From the NCBI GenBank assembly GCA_963778115.1, contig CAVZSV010000004.1:928001-992000 (forward strand): a stretch of DNA of 64,000 nucleotides, in the 5' to 3' direction. Numbering within the stretch: position 1 is the first letter of the stretch; each line of letters begins with the position of its first letter. Below the pieces are notes generated by a model, which was not told the DNA's origin, searched no databases, and worked only from the letters and a program-made list of their open reading frames with translations. Origin of the DNA: an uncultured delta proteobacterium. Lineage in GTDB: Bacteria > Bdellovibrionota > FAC87 > UBA2466. Shown piece after piece: positions 19,150-29,177 of this stretch. The position numbers and the translations under genes were made by a program.

Positions 19150-20811
19150 ATGCAAGGCAAACCAAAATTCTTGGGTATCTTTTTAGTGTTGGCGCTTTTT
19201 GGATGCGGAGAAAGTCCACCCGCGACAGGGGAACGCGATCTGGCGGCAATAGCCCCCGCTGCCTCCGCTCCCGATGTTGTTCCTATAGATGACGCTGAGT
19301 TAACGCAAAAGGAACAGGCAGAACTCTTTGATACGTACCTGAAAGACGGGCTTTCACCACCTGAAACGGAAGCCATTGTAGAGGATTGCGAGAAAAATAC
19401 TTCGGACAGTATTTTCTGCTATGGGCTGGTCAATCGGGACAGACTCGAAAAGTTGGTCGAGACCAGCAATAAAATCGTAACTCCACGATCGGGCATTACG
19501 GTCCGCCCTCGTTTTAGTCACGGAAAGTTAAAAAATTGGCTGGAGCTTCGCTTTGCCTCGGTCGGCTCGCTTATTCGAGGGATTCAAACCGCCCGCCCCT
19601 CGGAGCTATCAAAACTTTATACTGCGGCGATGAAGGAGAATGGCTGTCCTAATAATATAGCCGTCGCTATCGCCACTTCGAGAGAAGACCTTTTGCCGGA
19701 TCGGGCACAGCCTTCGGAGATAGCCAAGCTATATCAAAAGGGTGGCGACTGCCTCACCAAAGACCCTGCCAACCAAGAGTCACTGCTCACCCGCGGCGGC
19801 TTATTTTATTTTCTTGATAAGAAGTACGAACTCGCTGAACCCCTTTTTCGCAAAGCTTCTCAAGCGCAAACCGCCTATGTGGGAAGAGCCCTCTACTGGT
19901 TGTACCGCACCCGAATAGCCCGTGGACATAAGATCCAAGCGCAGACAACACTCGAAGAACTAAAAAAGAGATACCCTTTCTCTTTCCATGCTCTCGTTGC
20001 GCTAACGGCAAACAATCTCGACCCCGGCGATATCTTGCTTAAAACCGAAGGGCACGAACTCACTCGCTCTAAACAACATCCCGATATGAATCCCCTTATC
20101 GAGGAAGTAGAGATTCTGCGTAAGTACGGCTATAAAGAAAGCGCTTCTCGAGTTCTAAAATGGGCAGTGGCGGATTCCAAAGAGGCCGAGCCAGAGGTGC
20201 GGTTGTATCTTGCGGAGTTAAAGCCTGACGACGAAAACTATCGTTCTAAAATTACTCTGCTCTCCGATGTTCTTTATAAAAACCCCCAGCTTATTTCCCG
20301 CCAGACGATGGAACTCTATTTTCCCAAGGTATTATTTCCCATTTTCGCTCAGAACACGACAGGTCTTGATCCCTATTTGCTGCTCTCAGTCGCGCGGCAG
20401 GAGAGTGCCTTCGACCCGTCGGCAGTATCGTCGGCCCATGCCAGAGGGTTATTGCAACTTAATGTGGCCACTGGAAAACATTACCAGAATGCTCCGCCTC
20501 CTAACCTTTTCGACCCCAATGACAACGTTCGGATAGCCGCTATGTACTTAACCGATCTGTTGAAAAGATCGAACGGCCAAATCCACTTGGCTTTAGCCGC
20601 TTACAATTCGGGCGAGAGTCATGTCTCGGCATGGACGGCAAGATATGCGACAAACGAACCTATTCTGTTTATTGATCTCATCCCTTACCGCGAGACACGC
20701 GATTACGTCGCTTCGGTGCTTAGAAACTACTATTGGTATCGAAGGATCCATTTGAACTCCTCCCCTTCGACAGAGAAGGAGCTTTTCAATATGAATCTCA
20801 CACAATACTAA
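19150..20811 (+). CDS. Soluble lytic transglycosylase (Slt-like) lipoprotein with TPR-like helical region
   Basis: Lipobox LFGC. SLT motifs 'ARQESAF', 'ARGLLQL', 'ALAAYNSG', 'IPYRETRDYV'. Confidence 0.92.
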   Translation: MQGKPKFLGIFLVLALFGCGESPPATGERDLAAIAPAASAPDVVPIDDAELTQKEQAELFDTYLKDGLSPPETEAIVEDCEKNTSDSIFCYGLVNRDRLEKLVETSNKIVTPRSGITVRPRFSHGKLKNWLELRFASVGSLIRGIQTARPSELSKLYTAAMKENGCPNNIAVAIATSREDLLPDRAQPSEIAKLYQKGGDCLTKDPANQESLLTRGGLFYFLDKKYELAEPLFRKASQAQTAYVGRALYWLYRTRIARGHKIQAQTTLEELKKRYPFSFHALVALTANNLDPGDILLKTEGHELTRSKQHPDMNPLIEEVEILRKYGYKESASRVLKWAVADSKEAEPEVRLYLAELKPDDENYRSKITLLSDVLYKNPQLISRQTMELYFPKVLFPIFAQNTTGLDPYLLLSVARQESAFDPSAVSSAHARGLLQLNVATGKHYQNAPPPNLFDPNDNVRIAAMYLTDLLKRSNGQIHLALAAYNSGESHVSAWTARYATNEPILFIDLIPYRETRDYVASVLRNYYWYRRIHLNSSPSTEKELFNMNLTQY

Positions 20812-20817
20812 GATTTT

Positions 20818-21612
20818 TTATTCCGCGGCTTTTTTATCTTTATCCCAAGGTTGCGCTACGGGGATCTTATTATCCACTTGAGTGGTGAGTATTCCTTGTT
20901 CCAGCTTGAGATACTCCGCTCGAATCGCGGTAATGATCTCCTCTTTTCCACGACTCCAAATAAACGCGTTCACATCGGGAACCGCGATAATGCGACTCAG
21001 CCAATTCCATTCGTCGGCACAGCTCACCACTCCCGTTGCTTTATCGGTTTTAACTCGAGTACAGATCTCGGCCCTTGCGATACAAAGATTCTTATCCAGA
21101 GGGTTCTCCACGGGCTTCACCTGCCAGAGTGACTGGTGATAAAACTCATCTTTCTTGAATCTGACAAGAAAAGTAAGAAGTTCGGAAGTTACCTTAATCT
21201 GAGAAAAAGAGAGTAAGACGGCGAGATCGTCATCCAACTTTTTTTCTTTATTACTTTTAGTCCAAAACCATAAAGGCAACGGCTTAACTTTTTCCGCAAT
21301 CTTATCCGCGTCTGGCTTTTCATCGATGGCACAGGAGACCCCGTTATCGGTCGCTGTAGCAACGATCTTTGCTTTAATGACTGTCTCTTTGGCTGGAGAA
21401 TAATCCACCCCCAAAGCACCCGTTTGGAGCCAATCTGAGTTTCCGGCGCCAACCGATTCCAATTTTACCTGAGTGGCAGCGCTATCGGTCATAGCTAACA
21501 ATTCGCCCTCACCGGAAGCAAGGGGAGCCTTTTGGCAGGCCGTCAGTAGCATCGCGACGATTAGGCTAAGGAATCGCAGATGGATTGTGGATAGTAGATT
21601 AGTTATTTTCAT
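20818..21612 (-). CDS. Hypothetical lipoprotein
   Basis: Lipobox LTAC in an ORF of about 264 aa. Confidence 0.7.
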   Translation of the reverse strand: MKITNLLSTIHLRFLSLIVAMLLTACQKAPLASGEGELLAMTDSAATQVKLESVGAGNSDWLQTGALGVDYSPAKETVIKAKIVATATDNGVSCAIDEKPDADKIAEKVKPLPLWFWTKSNKEKKLDDDLAVLLSFSQIKVTSELLTFLVRFKKDEFYHQSLWQVKPVENPLDKNLCIARAEICTRVKTDKATGVVSCADEWNWLSRIIAVPDVNAFIWSRGKEEIITAIRAEYLKLEQGILTTQVDNKIPVAQPWDKDKKAAE

Positions 21613-21663
21613 GCTCACTTTTCCCCCCAGGACAACACTACCTAAAGGGAACGGAGCGGCCTG

Positions 21664-24630
21664 TCAACCAGGCGAGTTGGTGTCGAGCTCGACCATCTTC
21701 ACCAAAATATCCTTGGCTTCCTTTAGTTTTCCGTAGTTATTCATCGAAGGAGGAAGCGTGTCGAACCAACGCAAGTACTCGGACACACTGGCTTTAAATT
21801 CGACCCCGCGAAGCCTCGCTGTCTCAAAAGTAAGGATCTTCTCAAGCAGACATTCCCCGTACATGCTATCCAGACCAGAGACGACTTTCATGCAGTAATC
21901 TAACCGACCCAAAATATATTCGACAGGAAAGTAAGCGATCGGGGAATAGTATTTTTTGTAAACGTCGAACATGTCGTAAACGACTTGCAGTTCGTTAGGT
22001 CCAAAACTCTTCCCTTTGGGCGGGGTCGTATATTGCTCAAGGCTTGCTAAATCTCGGTTTGAAGGAGGATTTTCATACACGCGGCTGGGATCAAATTTTG
22101 GATTTCGCATCTTAAGAGCCGCTAAAGTTTCATCACACAAAGTGGCATTCTTGCTCACAGCGGTGTCGCAAAAGCTCTGACGAAAGGCTTGCAACTGACC
22201 ATCATTAGGGACCCTTCCATTCGTGTAATCCGTTAAAAGAGAATCCGAGACGGAAGCATAATACTCTTTGAATTGCCGTCGCAGACTCTCGACATTGGAA
22301 CTCGAATTGGCAAAGAAAGCTTTGGCGGCGGCATTACTAAGAAGAGGGCTTTCTAGTTGGTGGACTAAAGAGCCCTCTCCCATCACTTTACTGAGCGAAA
22401 AGGGAACGACCTCGAGTGCCAAGACCGTAGGGAACGTCGTAATCCCAGCTTCAAAAAGAGCTTTCTGGAGCTTGTCGCTGCTTTCGAAACGCCGCTCACC
22501 TCGGCGAAGGTCACTTCGGTCGAAGGGCTCGTCGCTTCCGATAAGGGCGTAATCCCCCCCTCTTAACTGAAATACCGAGACGGCCGAAAAAGAAGTCCCC
22601 ATGGTCTTAAGCACCATGCGAAAGAGTTGATCGTCGAAAGAATAGGTGTGAATCCACTGAACGAAGAGCCCCCCGGGAAGAAGCTTGCGCTTGGCCAGGG
22701 AATAAAACTCTTTGCTGTAGAGGTTTTCAATGCCTGCCACCCAGGGATTGCTGGGTTCGCTAACGATGAAGCTGAAACTTTTATTTGTCCCCTCGAGATA
22801 ACGAAAAGCGTCCATCTCATTAAAGTGCACTTTGGCCTGCTGTGAGGCTTTTCCATTGTAGGGATCAAAAAGGTTAGCGTGTTCAATGAGCGTTCCTGAG
22901 ATTTCAGCCACTTCGATGTCTTTGATATCGTCGTAATCAGCCAAAAGGCCGATGGTGGTACCCGTTCCAAAGCCGATGACACAGACCTTTTCTAGATCCT
23001 TCGCGAGCAGACCGGGAATGTGGGCCAGCATCGAAGTCGTGAAGTAATCGCCCCGCGTATTGCCGTCGGATTTTCCGTTAATAATGATCGTGCGCGAAAG
23101 TTCATGGCCGTCCATGGTACTTGAGCCGATACCTACGGAAGTATTGGGGCCATCTTTATAAAACAGATATTGAGTGGATCTCCCCAGGTAGTTATAAAAA
23201 GCTTCCGCTCCATTATAGGTCACATTAGGAATGGGTTGCGGATGGCGAAAAGGTTGAATGTAGGAACTCTTCGAATAAAGAGGCGACAAAAAGGTCAGAG
23301 CCAGAAATCCTGCGACGACGAAACCCGAGGACCACAGCTCGCCTTTGGAAATCTTTTTGGTACTCCAGACCAGGTAGCCCGCCGCAATGACGGCGAAAGC
23401 GGAAAGATAGACACAAAGTTTGAAAAGCTGGTCGATATTCCAAAAGTAATAAAGAAAATAGCCACCGATGAGAGCTCCAAAAACACAACCCAAAGTATTA
23501 AAACCGTACAGCTGCCCCACGCGTTGGCCCAAAGTATCTTTGTCGTCTTTCATCAAATGAAAACAAAGCGGAAGCGTCAGGCCCGCAAGTCCTATGGGAA
23601 TAAGTAAAAGAGCCGAGAACCCGACCCCTAATAGGGCTTGGTAGGGGAAGAAGGCTTCCATACTATCTCGAAAAAACGATCGAGCCACGTGCACCCAATA
23701 GGGCCAGTAAGCCCCACTGCGATACAGAAGAAATAGGCCGACAACAACCCCCATTTGGTTATAAAAAAGTCGACGAGCCGTGTAATGTTCGATGCGGCGA
23801 ACGACGAGACTGCCAATCCCAAGCCCCAAAATAAAAATGGAAACGATAAGAGTGAAATTGTAATTCGAAGAGCCCGTGGAGAGTCCCATTAATCGAATCA
23901 ATAGCGTCTGAAGGGTCAGCAGATAAAATCCGGAAAGAAATCCTAGAAACAAAAGTGCTTTGTGATAGGCCGAGAAAGGAACCGACTTTTGCCGTTTACT
24001 CTCCTTCACAGGACGAGCTTTCGACAAGGATGCCAGATAAAAATAGGCCACTGCCGCAACCAGGAGATTCCCACCGGCTGCGACTTGGACAGAGCCAACC
24101 AAACCTATCCAAGGAATTAACGCATAACCGGCCATCAGACAGCCGAAGCAGGCCCCCACCGTATTGATTCCGTAGATCATGGCGTGCGTTTTGCTGGCCT
24201 TTTCTAAATCTTCAGCAAGCCCCTGAGTGAGTAAGGGGAGAGTCCCCCCCATGAGAAAGGTAGGAAAGCCAATCAACGCGACCGACATAAAGATATCGAT
24301 AAAAAGGCTATTAACCCCAAACCAGGCGTAAAAATGAGAGGTCAAAGGTTCGGCCACTTTGAAAAGAAGTGGAAAGAGCATGGCCCATGCGCCCAGTGCC
24401 AGTTCCACAACAGCGTAGACTCGAAGCAGGTTCCAGCTCTTGGTTTTCGACCAGCGGCCGAAGCAGGCGTACCCGACGCTGATTCCCCCCAGAAAGATGG
24501 CTAGGACCACCGCCGTTGCCCGAGCCTGAGCCCCTAGGAGAATCGCCAGATAGCGGTGCCATACGACTTCGTATATCAACCCGCTCATGCCAGAGATGAA
24601 AATCAGCCCTAACCAAAGGAATCGTCGCAT
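21664..24630 (-). CDS. Fused MFS-like membrane domain / spermidine synthase-like protein
   Basis: 'SGMSGLIYEVVW', 'YGINTVGA', about 13 TMs, then 'INGKSDG', 'VIGFGTGTT', 'VAEIS', 'IVSEPSNPWVAG', 'VQWI'. Confidence 0.9.
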   Translation of the reverse strand: MRRFLWLGLIFISGMSGLIYEVVWHRYLAILLGAQARATAVVLAIFLGGISVGYACFGRWSKTKSWNLLRVYAVVELALGAWAMLFPLLFKVAEPLTSHFYAWFGVNSLFIDIFMSVALIGFPTFLMGGTLPLLTQGLAEDLEKASKTHAMIYGINTVGACFGCLMAGYALIPWIGLVGSVQVAAGGNLLVAAVAYFYLASLSKARPVKESKRQKSVPFSAYHKALLFLGFLSGFYLLTLQTLLIRLMGLSTGSSNYNFTLIVSIFILGLGIGSLVVRRIEHYTARRLFYNQMGVVVGLFLLYRSGAYWPYWVHVARSFFRDSMEAFFPYQALLGVGFSALLLIPIGLAGLTLPLCFHLMKDDKDTLGQRVGQLYGFNTLGCVFGALIGGYFLYYFWNIDQLFKLCVYLSAFAVIAAGYLVWSTKKISKGELWSSGFVVAGFLALTFLSPLYSKSSYIQPFRHPQPIPNVTYNGAEAFYNYLGRSTQYLFYKDGPNTSVGIGSSTMDGHELSRTIIINGKSDGNTRGDYFTTSMLAHIPGLLAKDLEKVCVIGFGTGTTIGLLADYDDIKDIEVAEISGTLIEHANLFDPYNGKASQQAKVHFNEMDAFRYLEGTNKSFSFIVSEPSNPWVAGIENLYSKEFYSLAKRKLLPGGLFVQWIHTYSFDDQLFRMVLKTMGTSFSAVSVFQLRGGDYALIGSDEPFDRSDLRRGERRFESSDKLQKALFEAGITTFPTVLALEVVPFSLSKVMGEGSLVHQLESPLLSNAAAKAFFANSSSNVESLRRQFKEYYASVSDSLLTDYTNGRVPNDGQLQAFRQSFCDTAVSKNATLCDETLAALKMRNPKFDPSRVYENPPSNRDLASLEQYTTPPKGKSFGPNELQVVYDMFDVYKKYYSPIAYFPVEYILGRLDYCMKVVSGLDSMYGECLLEKILTFETARLRGVEFKASVSEYLRWFDTLPPSMNNYGKLKEAKDILVKMVELDTNSPG

Positions 24631-24800
24631 CGAGTTACCTATGTCTATAGAGGTTAACCACTAAGATATCATATAGACTGCCCGAAGGGAGCGTCTGTGA
24701 TGGTGGGGGGCCTAATCACGACTCTTGATCGTAATGACAGCCGGTACGATAAATTCGGATAGATTAAGGGTAACTTTCGCGAAGCGAAAGGTGATGGGAC

Positions 24801-24823
24801 AGATGACGCTCCGAAGGAGCGCT
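24801..24823. repeat. REP-like palindromic repeat, copy 2
   Basis: AGATGACGCTCCGAAGGAGCGCT is the exact reverse complement of 4872-4894. Lies 3 bp past the stop of the M3 peptidase gene. Confidence 0.75.
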
Positions 24824-24826
24824 CCC

Positions 24827-26671
24827 TTAAGCCCCACTCTGTTGACTCGAAAGCCAACCTGCAAATTGCGCGGCGCAATCGGCAAAGTCCTGGTTCGGCT
24901 GATAGGCGGCAATCGTGTCGTCTCCGTGAACGAATCGAATTTCCGCGTTCAATCGGATGGGAGAGGTATCGACCGGGACCGACTTAATCCGATCGCAGAC
25001 ACGCTCTACCTGGGCACGCATCTGGTCAGACGGCATGTTCACGTGGGTAAGCATCGCTTTGGCGGAAAAATCTTCTCCGGTCAATCCGCGAACGAACTCG
25101 AAGAGGGTCTTGGAATTGCCCGGCTTCCAGTACCGCGTCGCCAATTCGGGACCCACTTTCGGATTATCGGCGATAAAGCCGTCCCGCCGCATGAAATGCT
25201 GGCGCGTCTGTTCTACCGCAAACAAGGCCAACACATACCCGTGATAGGTCGCCGAACTTTCTCCGGAAAGCAAATGAGGAACGCTCAAGATGGGACGAGA
25301 ATGGCCATGGGTCATCGCAAGACGATCTTCGGCGGAACGCACGACCTGAATCACCCGATCTACGGTTCTTTGATCGTCGGGAATCGCATAAATAGCCCTC
25401 TCACCGTACGGAACCACCATTAAACTGCGTACATTCCATGCGGCGTAGGCCCGGTCTTTGCGAACCACCGTTTCAATAAGATCGGCCGGGATGACGGAGC
25501 CTTCTTTCGTGCGCGCATACCTTCCCAACCATTGCGGATCGCTGACAAGATGATCCATGAACATGGATTGGGTCTCGGCAAATGCCATAGAAGTAGGCGA
25601 GTACTCTTGGGAGAACGCTACGGCCGGCATCTCTACGTTACTAAAGTGCGCCGCATGCCCCCCTTCGTGAAACAGGGTCTCTAGTGCCCGCTTGCCGCTT
25701 CCAATCTGCCCCGGAACTGCATTTGCGGTGAAGTTTATCCGAGCGGATCGAAATCCATTTTCATCGACGAAAGAGGGAAAAGGAGCATGCATGAATCCGT
25801 TGTGATATTTCCCGGAACGGTTAACCAAATCGACGGTAAGTTTCGCTTTTCGGAAATCGACCCCGAGTCGGGCAAAGGAACGAGCCCAGCGTTCGACGGA
25901 CGCTTCGAAATCAAAATAGGGGTCTAGTTGTTTTTCTAAGTCTCCAGAAACAAAATAGCGAAAATTCCAAGGCTCCAGCGCCGATTTACCGTGAGAGGCA
26001 ATTACTTTGTCGATGGAAGCCTGACAGGTCTTTCGAGATTGCGATTCGAAAAGGTCCAAAATCTTAAAGAGCTCATCGACGCTAAACCCTTCATTGAGCT
26101 GGACTCGATACGCATAAAAATCTTCGAAACCCATCGTGCGAGCCAAACGGTTCCGCATCTTCACGAGGTCTAAAAAGCCGTTGTCTAAAACAAACCTCTC
26201 CATCGATCGCAAAGCTTCAAGGGCTGCTTTTCTATCGGTCTCTTCCGGGGCAGTGCCAATCATCAATCCTAATCGGTTAAGACTTGTGGGAATTTGGACT
26301 TTTGTCTTTTGGTCCACATACCCCCAGGCATTTTTTTGGACCTTCGATTGAATTTCCGATTCAATTTGCAAGATTTCGCTTTTTAATTGCCTCGCCTCTT
26401 CACTTTCTATTGCATTTAAGGAAAACAGACGCTTCCAGCCGTTCAGCCCCACCCTTTCGGTCGGCGTCAAGGGGTCGTTCGAGAGCGCTTTTTCGATTTC
26501 GGAAATCCAAGAAGAATCTGAAATAAAATTCTGCAAAAGGACTTCGGCAGTGACAAAGGCCCCCGGGACAGCCGACTTGAGTCCCATTTTCTCACTCCAG
26601 AAGGCCTCTTCTTTTGGAATATGGAGACTAAGGTAGGTTTCGTTGAGACGCTGCAGTAAAGTTTGCTTCAT
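24827..26671 (-). CDS. M3 family metallo-oligopeptidase
   Basis: 'TLFHEGGHAAHF' HExxH motif, downstream 'AETQSMFMD', 'RNRLARTMGFEDFY'. Start may be 26671 or 26725. Confidence 0.88.
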   Translation of the reverse strand: MKQTLLQRLNETYLSLHIPKEEAFWSEKMGLKSAVPGAFVTAEVLLQNFISDSSWISEIEKALSNDPLTPTERVGLNGWKRLFSLNAIESEEARQLKSEILQIESEIQSKVQKNAWGYVDQKTKVQIPTSLNRLGLMIGTAPEETDRKAALEALRSMERFVLDNGFLDLVKMRNRLARTMGFEDFYAYRVQLNEGFSVDELFKILDLFESQSRKTCQASIDKVIASHGKSALEPWNFRYFVSGDLEKQLDPYFDFEASVERWARSFARLGVDFRKAKLTVDLVNRSGKYHNGFMHAPFPSFVDENGFRSARINFTANAVPGQIGSGKRALETLFHEGGHAAHFSNVEMPAVAFSQEYSPTSMAFAETQSMFMDHLVSDPQWLGRYARTKEGSVIPADLIETVVRKDRAYAAWNVRSLMVVPYGERAIYAIPDDQRTVDRVIQVVRSAEDRLAMTHGHSRPILSVPHLLSGESSATYHGYVLALFAVEQTRQHFMRRDGFIADNPKVGPELATRYWKPGNSKTLFEFVRGLTGEDFSAKAMLTHVNMPSDQMRAQVERVCDRIKSVPVDTSPIRLNAEIRFVHGDDTIAAYQPNQDFADCAAQFAGWLSSQQSGA

Positions 26672-26714
26672 GGGCTTCAGTGTAGAAAACCGAAGACCGA
26701 GCTTCAACCACTTT

Positions 26715-28577
26715 CTAACTGGCAAGACGAGTTATTAGTCGATTGGCTTTCCAATGGCACAAAGTCATCTTCCCTGGGACGCCTCTTAGTGTCGTCGTTC
26801 GCTCTTCGTACGATCCCGACTGTATTAAATCCTTTACCGTCGAATCGCGTAGGATCTCTTTTGAAAAGACAATGTCTGCGCCCCTGCTTTCGTGTTGAAT
26901 GCGAGCCGCTAAATTTACGGTACGGCCAAAGTAGTCTAACCGCCCATTTGCCGTCATTGCGATGGCGGGCCCGACGTGTAGGCCCATTTTAAGCACAACA
27001 GGAAACTCCAGGTTAAGCCGGCTGGAAAACGTATCTATGGAGGACTGAATCGCCATAGCTGCTCTTAAGGCATGAGCCGCCGACGGAAACGCCGCCATCA
27101 CCGCATCTCCTGCGGTCTTAATGGTAGTGCCTTCGTGCCGAGTGATATGAGAGTTCAAGAAATCGAAATGGCGTCGCACCATTCCGAAAGCGGGAGCATC
27201 CCCTATCTGCTCGTACATCACCGTCGACCCCTTAAGATCGGTAAAGAGGATGGCGACAGTGCGTACCCCAACTTCAATGCCCTCACCCAAGACTTCCGAA
27301 CCAAAAAGGTCTCTAAACTCCCAAAATCGGGTGGCTTCGGCAGCACTCAGTATGAAAGGATCGATCCCTACTTTTTCCAAAGCAACTACGATGGGCTCTT
27401 TTCCTCGGTTATGAATCTTTAACTCCATCTCGCCCGGCCGATACAGAACGGCTTGAGGTTTCCAGCCTGCTTCCTTCTCGTCGTTATAATGAAGAGAAGC
27501 AGAGGTTTGAGCGCGTGCCACCGCCTCTTCGTCCCCGCAAACCAGCCGACAATAACGGTTGTATTTGAGCACTCGAAGTCTCAACTCTATCGCCGGGAGG
27601 GCAACGTTGATAACCGTTACCTGTCCGGGTTGTATGGCAGCTTGCGCTAAAATGTGAGGCATCCTCATGGGGCTACCGATGCAATAAACCGTGTCTACCG
27701 CCTTTCGGATTTGGGGGGAAACGGAAAAACGCAATTCGGTGTTGGTATCCAGTTCAGAGCCATAGTCGACGCCGCAAAAGTCGCAATGGAAAGTTCGATC
27801 CAGTTTACTTAATTGGCTCACCTGATTCTTTGGCACCCGGCAATTGGGACAGATAAGTACCCATTGCAATTGTAAAATGGCGTTTCGAGCTGCCCAGAAA
27901 AAGAGCTTTAGGACCTCTTTGCGATCTTGCTGCCAACGGTGGGCCAACGCATAAGGTCTGATAAGAAGAACTTCTTCGTCGGTGCCTTCGGTTAACAGTT
28001 GTTTGAATAGGCCCCACAGGGTTTCGCTCACCGGTGCAGGCTCGCTTGCAGATAATAAAGTCGTTTGTAATTGGCTTTCGGCATTCAGATCCACGAAATT
28101 TCGGGGAGTCGGATCGAGAGCACAGGTCTGGACGTTGCTATCGAAAGTCTCGGCAATCCGAATCATTTTTTTCAGGCCCACCCCGACAAGCGCACTTAAA
28201 ATAGGTTTCGACCAATAATAACGAGGCGTGATTTCCGCAAACAGGGTAAATTCGCTTCCGCCGCCCCGAGGATGGCAAAGAACTCCTACCACTACGGTGA
28301 GAAAGGGGCCATTCTCAAAATCTCGCCTAACACTGTAGGATCTCCCTTTTACCCACTCAAAAGGATGCTCCCGCCACGTCACTCGAATTGGCCCTTTGGT
28401 GATACTCACTCTTTGGAGGAGTTGACCTTTCGTATCGGGGTTCGCAACGACACCGGGGAGATCGACGATTCGATTCAAATGATCGGTATCCGCCATGACC
28501 TCCCACACTTTGTCAGGGGGGCTATTGAGATGTACTTTTGACTCAATGCGAAATGAACGTCGGAATTTCACAGTCAC
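26715..28577 (-). CDS. Class III adenylate cyclase with N-terminal SRPBCC domain and Zn-ribbon-containing (DUF5939-like) domain
   Basis: 'LFTDLKGST', 'IKTAGDAVMA', 'DYFGRTVNLAARI', CPNC...CDFC, N-terminal 'PPDKVWEVMADT'. Confidence 0.92.
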   Translation of the reverse strand: MTVKFRRSFRIESKVHLNSPPDKVWEVMADTDHLNRIVDLPGVVANPDTKGQLLQRVSITKGPIRVTWREHPFEWVKGRSYSVRRDFENGPFLTVVVGVLCHPRGGGSEFTLFAEITPRYYWSKPILSALVGVGLKKMIRIAETFDSNVQTCALDPTPRNFVDLNAESQLQTTLLSASEPAPVSETLWGLFKQLLTEGTDEEVLLIRPYALAHRWQQDRKEVLKLFFWAARNAILQLQWVLICPNCRVPKNQVSQLSKLDRTFHCDFCGVDYGSELDTNTELRFSVSPQIRKAVDTVYCIGSPMRMPHILAQAAIQPGQVTVINVALPAIELRLRVLKYNRYCRLVCGDEEAVARAQTSASLHYNDEKEAGWKPQAVLYRPGEMELKIHNRGKEPIVVALEKVGIDPFILSAAEATRFWEFRDLFGSEVLGEGIEVGVRTVAILFTDLKGSTVMYEQIGDAPAFGMVRRHFDFLNSHITRHEGTTIKTAGDAVMAAFPSAAHALRAAMAIQSSIDTFSSRLNLEFPVVLKMGLHVGPAIAMTANGRLDYFGRTVNLAARIQHESRGADIVFSKEILRDSTVKDLIQSGSYEERTTTLRGVPGKMTLCHWKANRLITRLAS

Positions 28578-29177
28578 TTATCGGATGTTTGGGGGTGGGA
28601 TGTGATTTTTGGCTTCTCTCATTGCGACTATGGGAAAGGGAGTCAAGGGGTAGACGAGTCCCTTGAGGGTTTTCCCCCTTGATTTCCAGGTCTCCGTTGT
28701 TTCGAGCACGGTCATTGCCAACAGCTTTGATCTGTGGCGGCCTTTTCTTTATTAGCAGGTTCCTAGATGCGACTATTTGGGCTCTCTAGGGCCTAAGCCC
28801 CGGGCCATAATAAATTCGAGGATAAACGAGCGGGGGCTAACCGAGGCAAAAGACTCTCTCGTCGCATCTTGCGATAGCGACGGGGTCATCACAATGATTG
28901 AGCTCTCTCCGCTCCCCTCCAAGACCGGTGTCCGTTCTTCCATTTTGTGGCAAGAAGGATCGTGCTTGAAAGTCTGCTAAGACACAGAAGGTGTGCCAAG
29001 AGAAGCCGGTGCGGGACTGGGGGCATTGAAGCGTTTGGATAGCAGAGGCTCCGCTTGCGGCCCCGAAAACGGGAATGAGGGTCGGGACTTCATTTCGGTT
29101 TTGGTGGGACGCCCGAAGAAGGCTCCTTTCCCCATCGAGACAAAGTACTCGCGTGGATAAGCCAAGATCCTCTAATA

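Noticed and set aside
24725..25423. 232-aa plus-strand ORF
   Set aside because: Antisense shadow of the M3 peptidase with no motifs.
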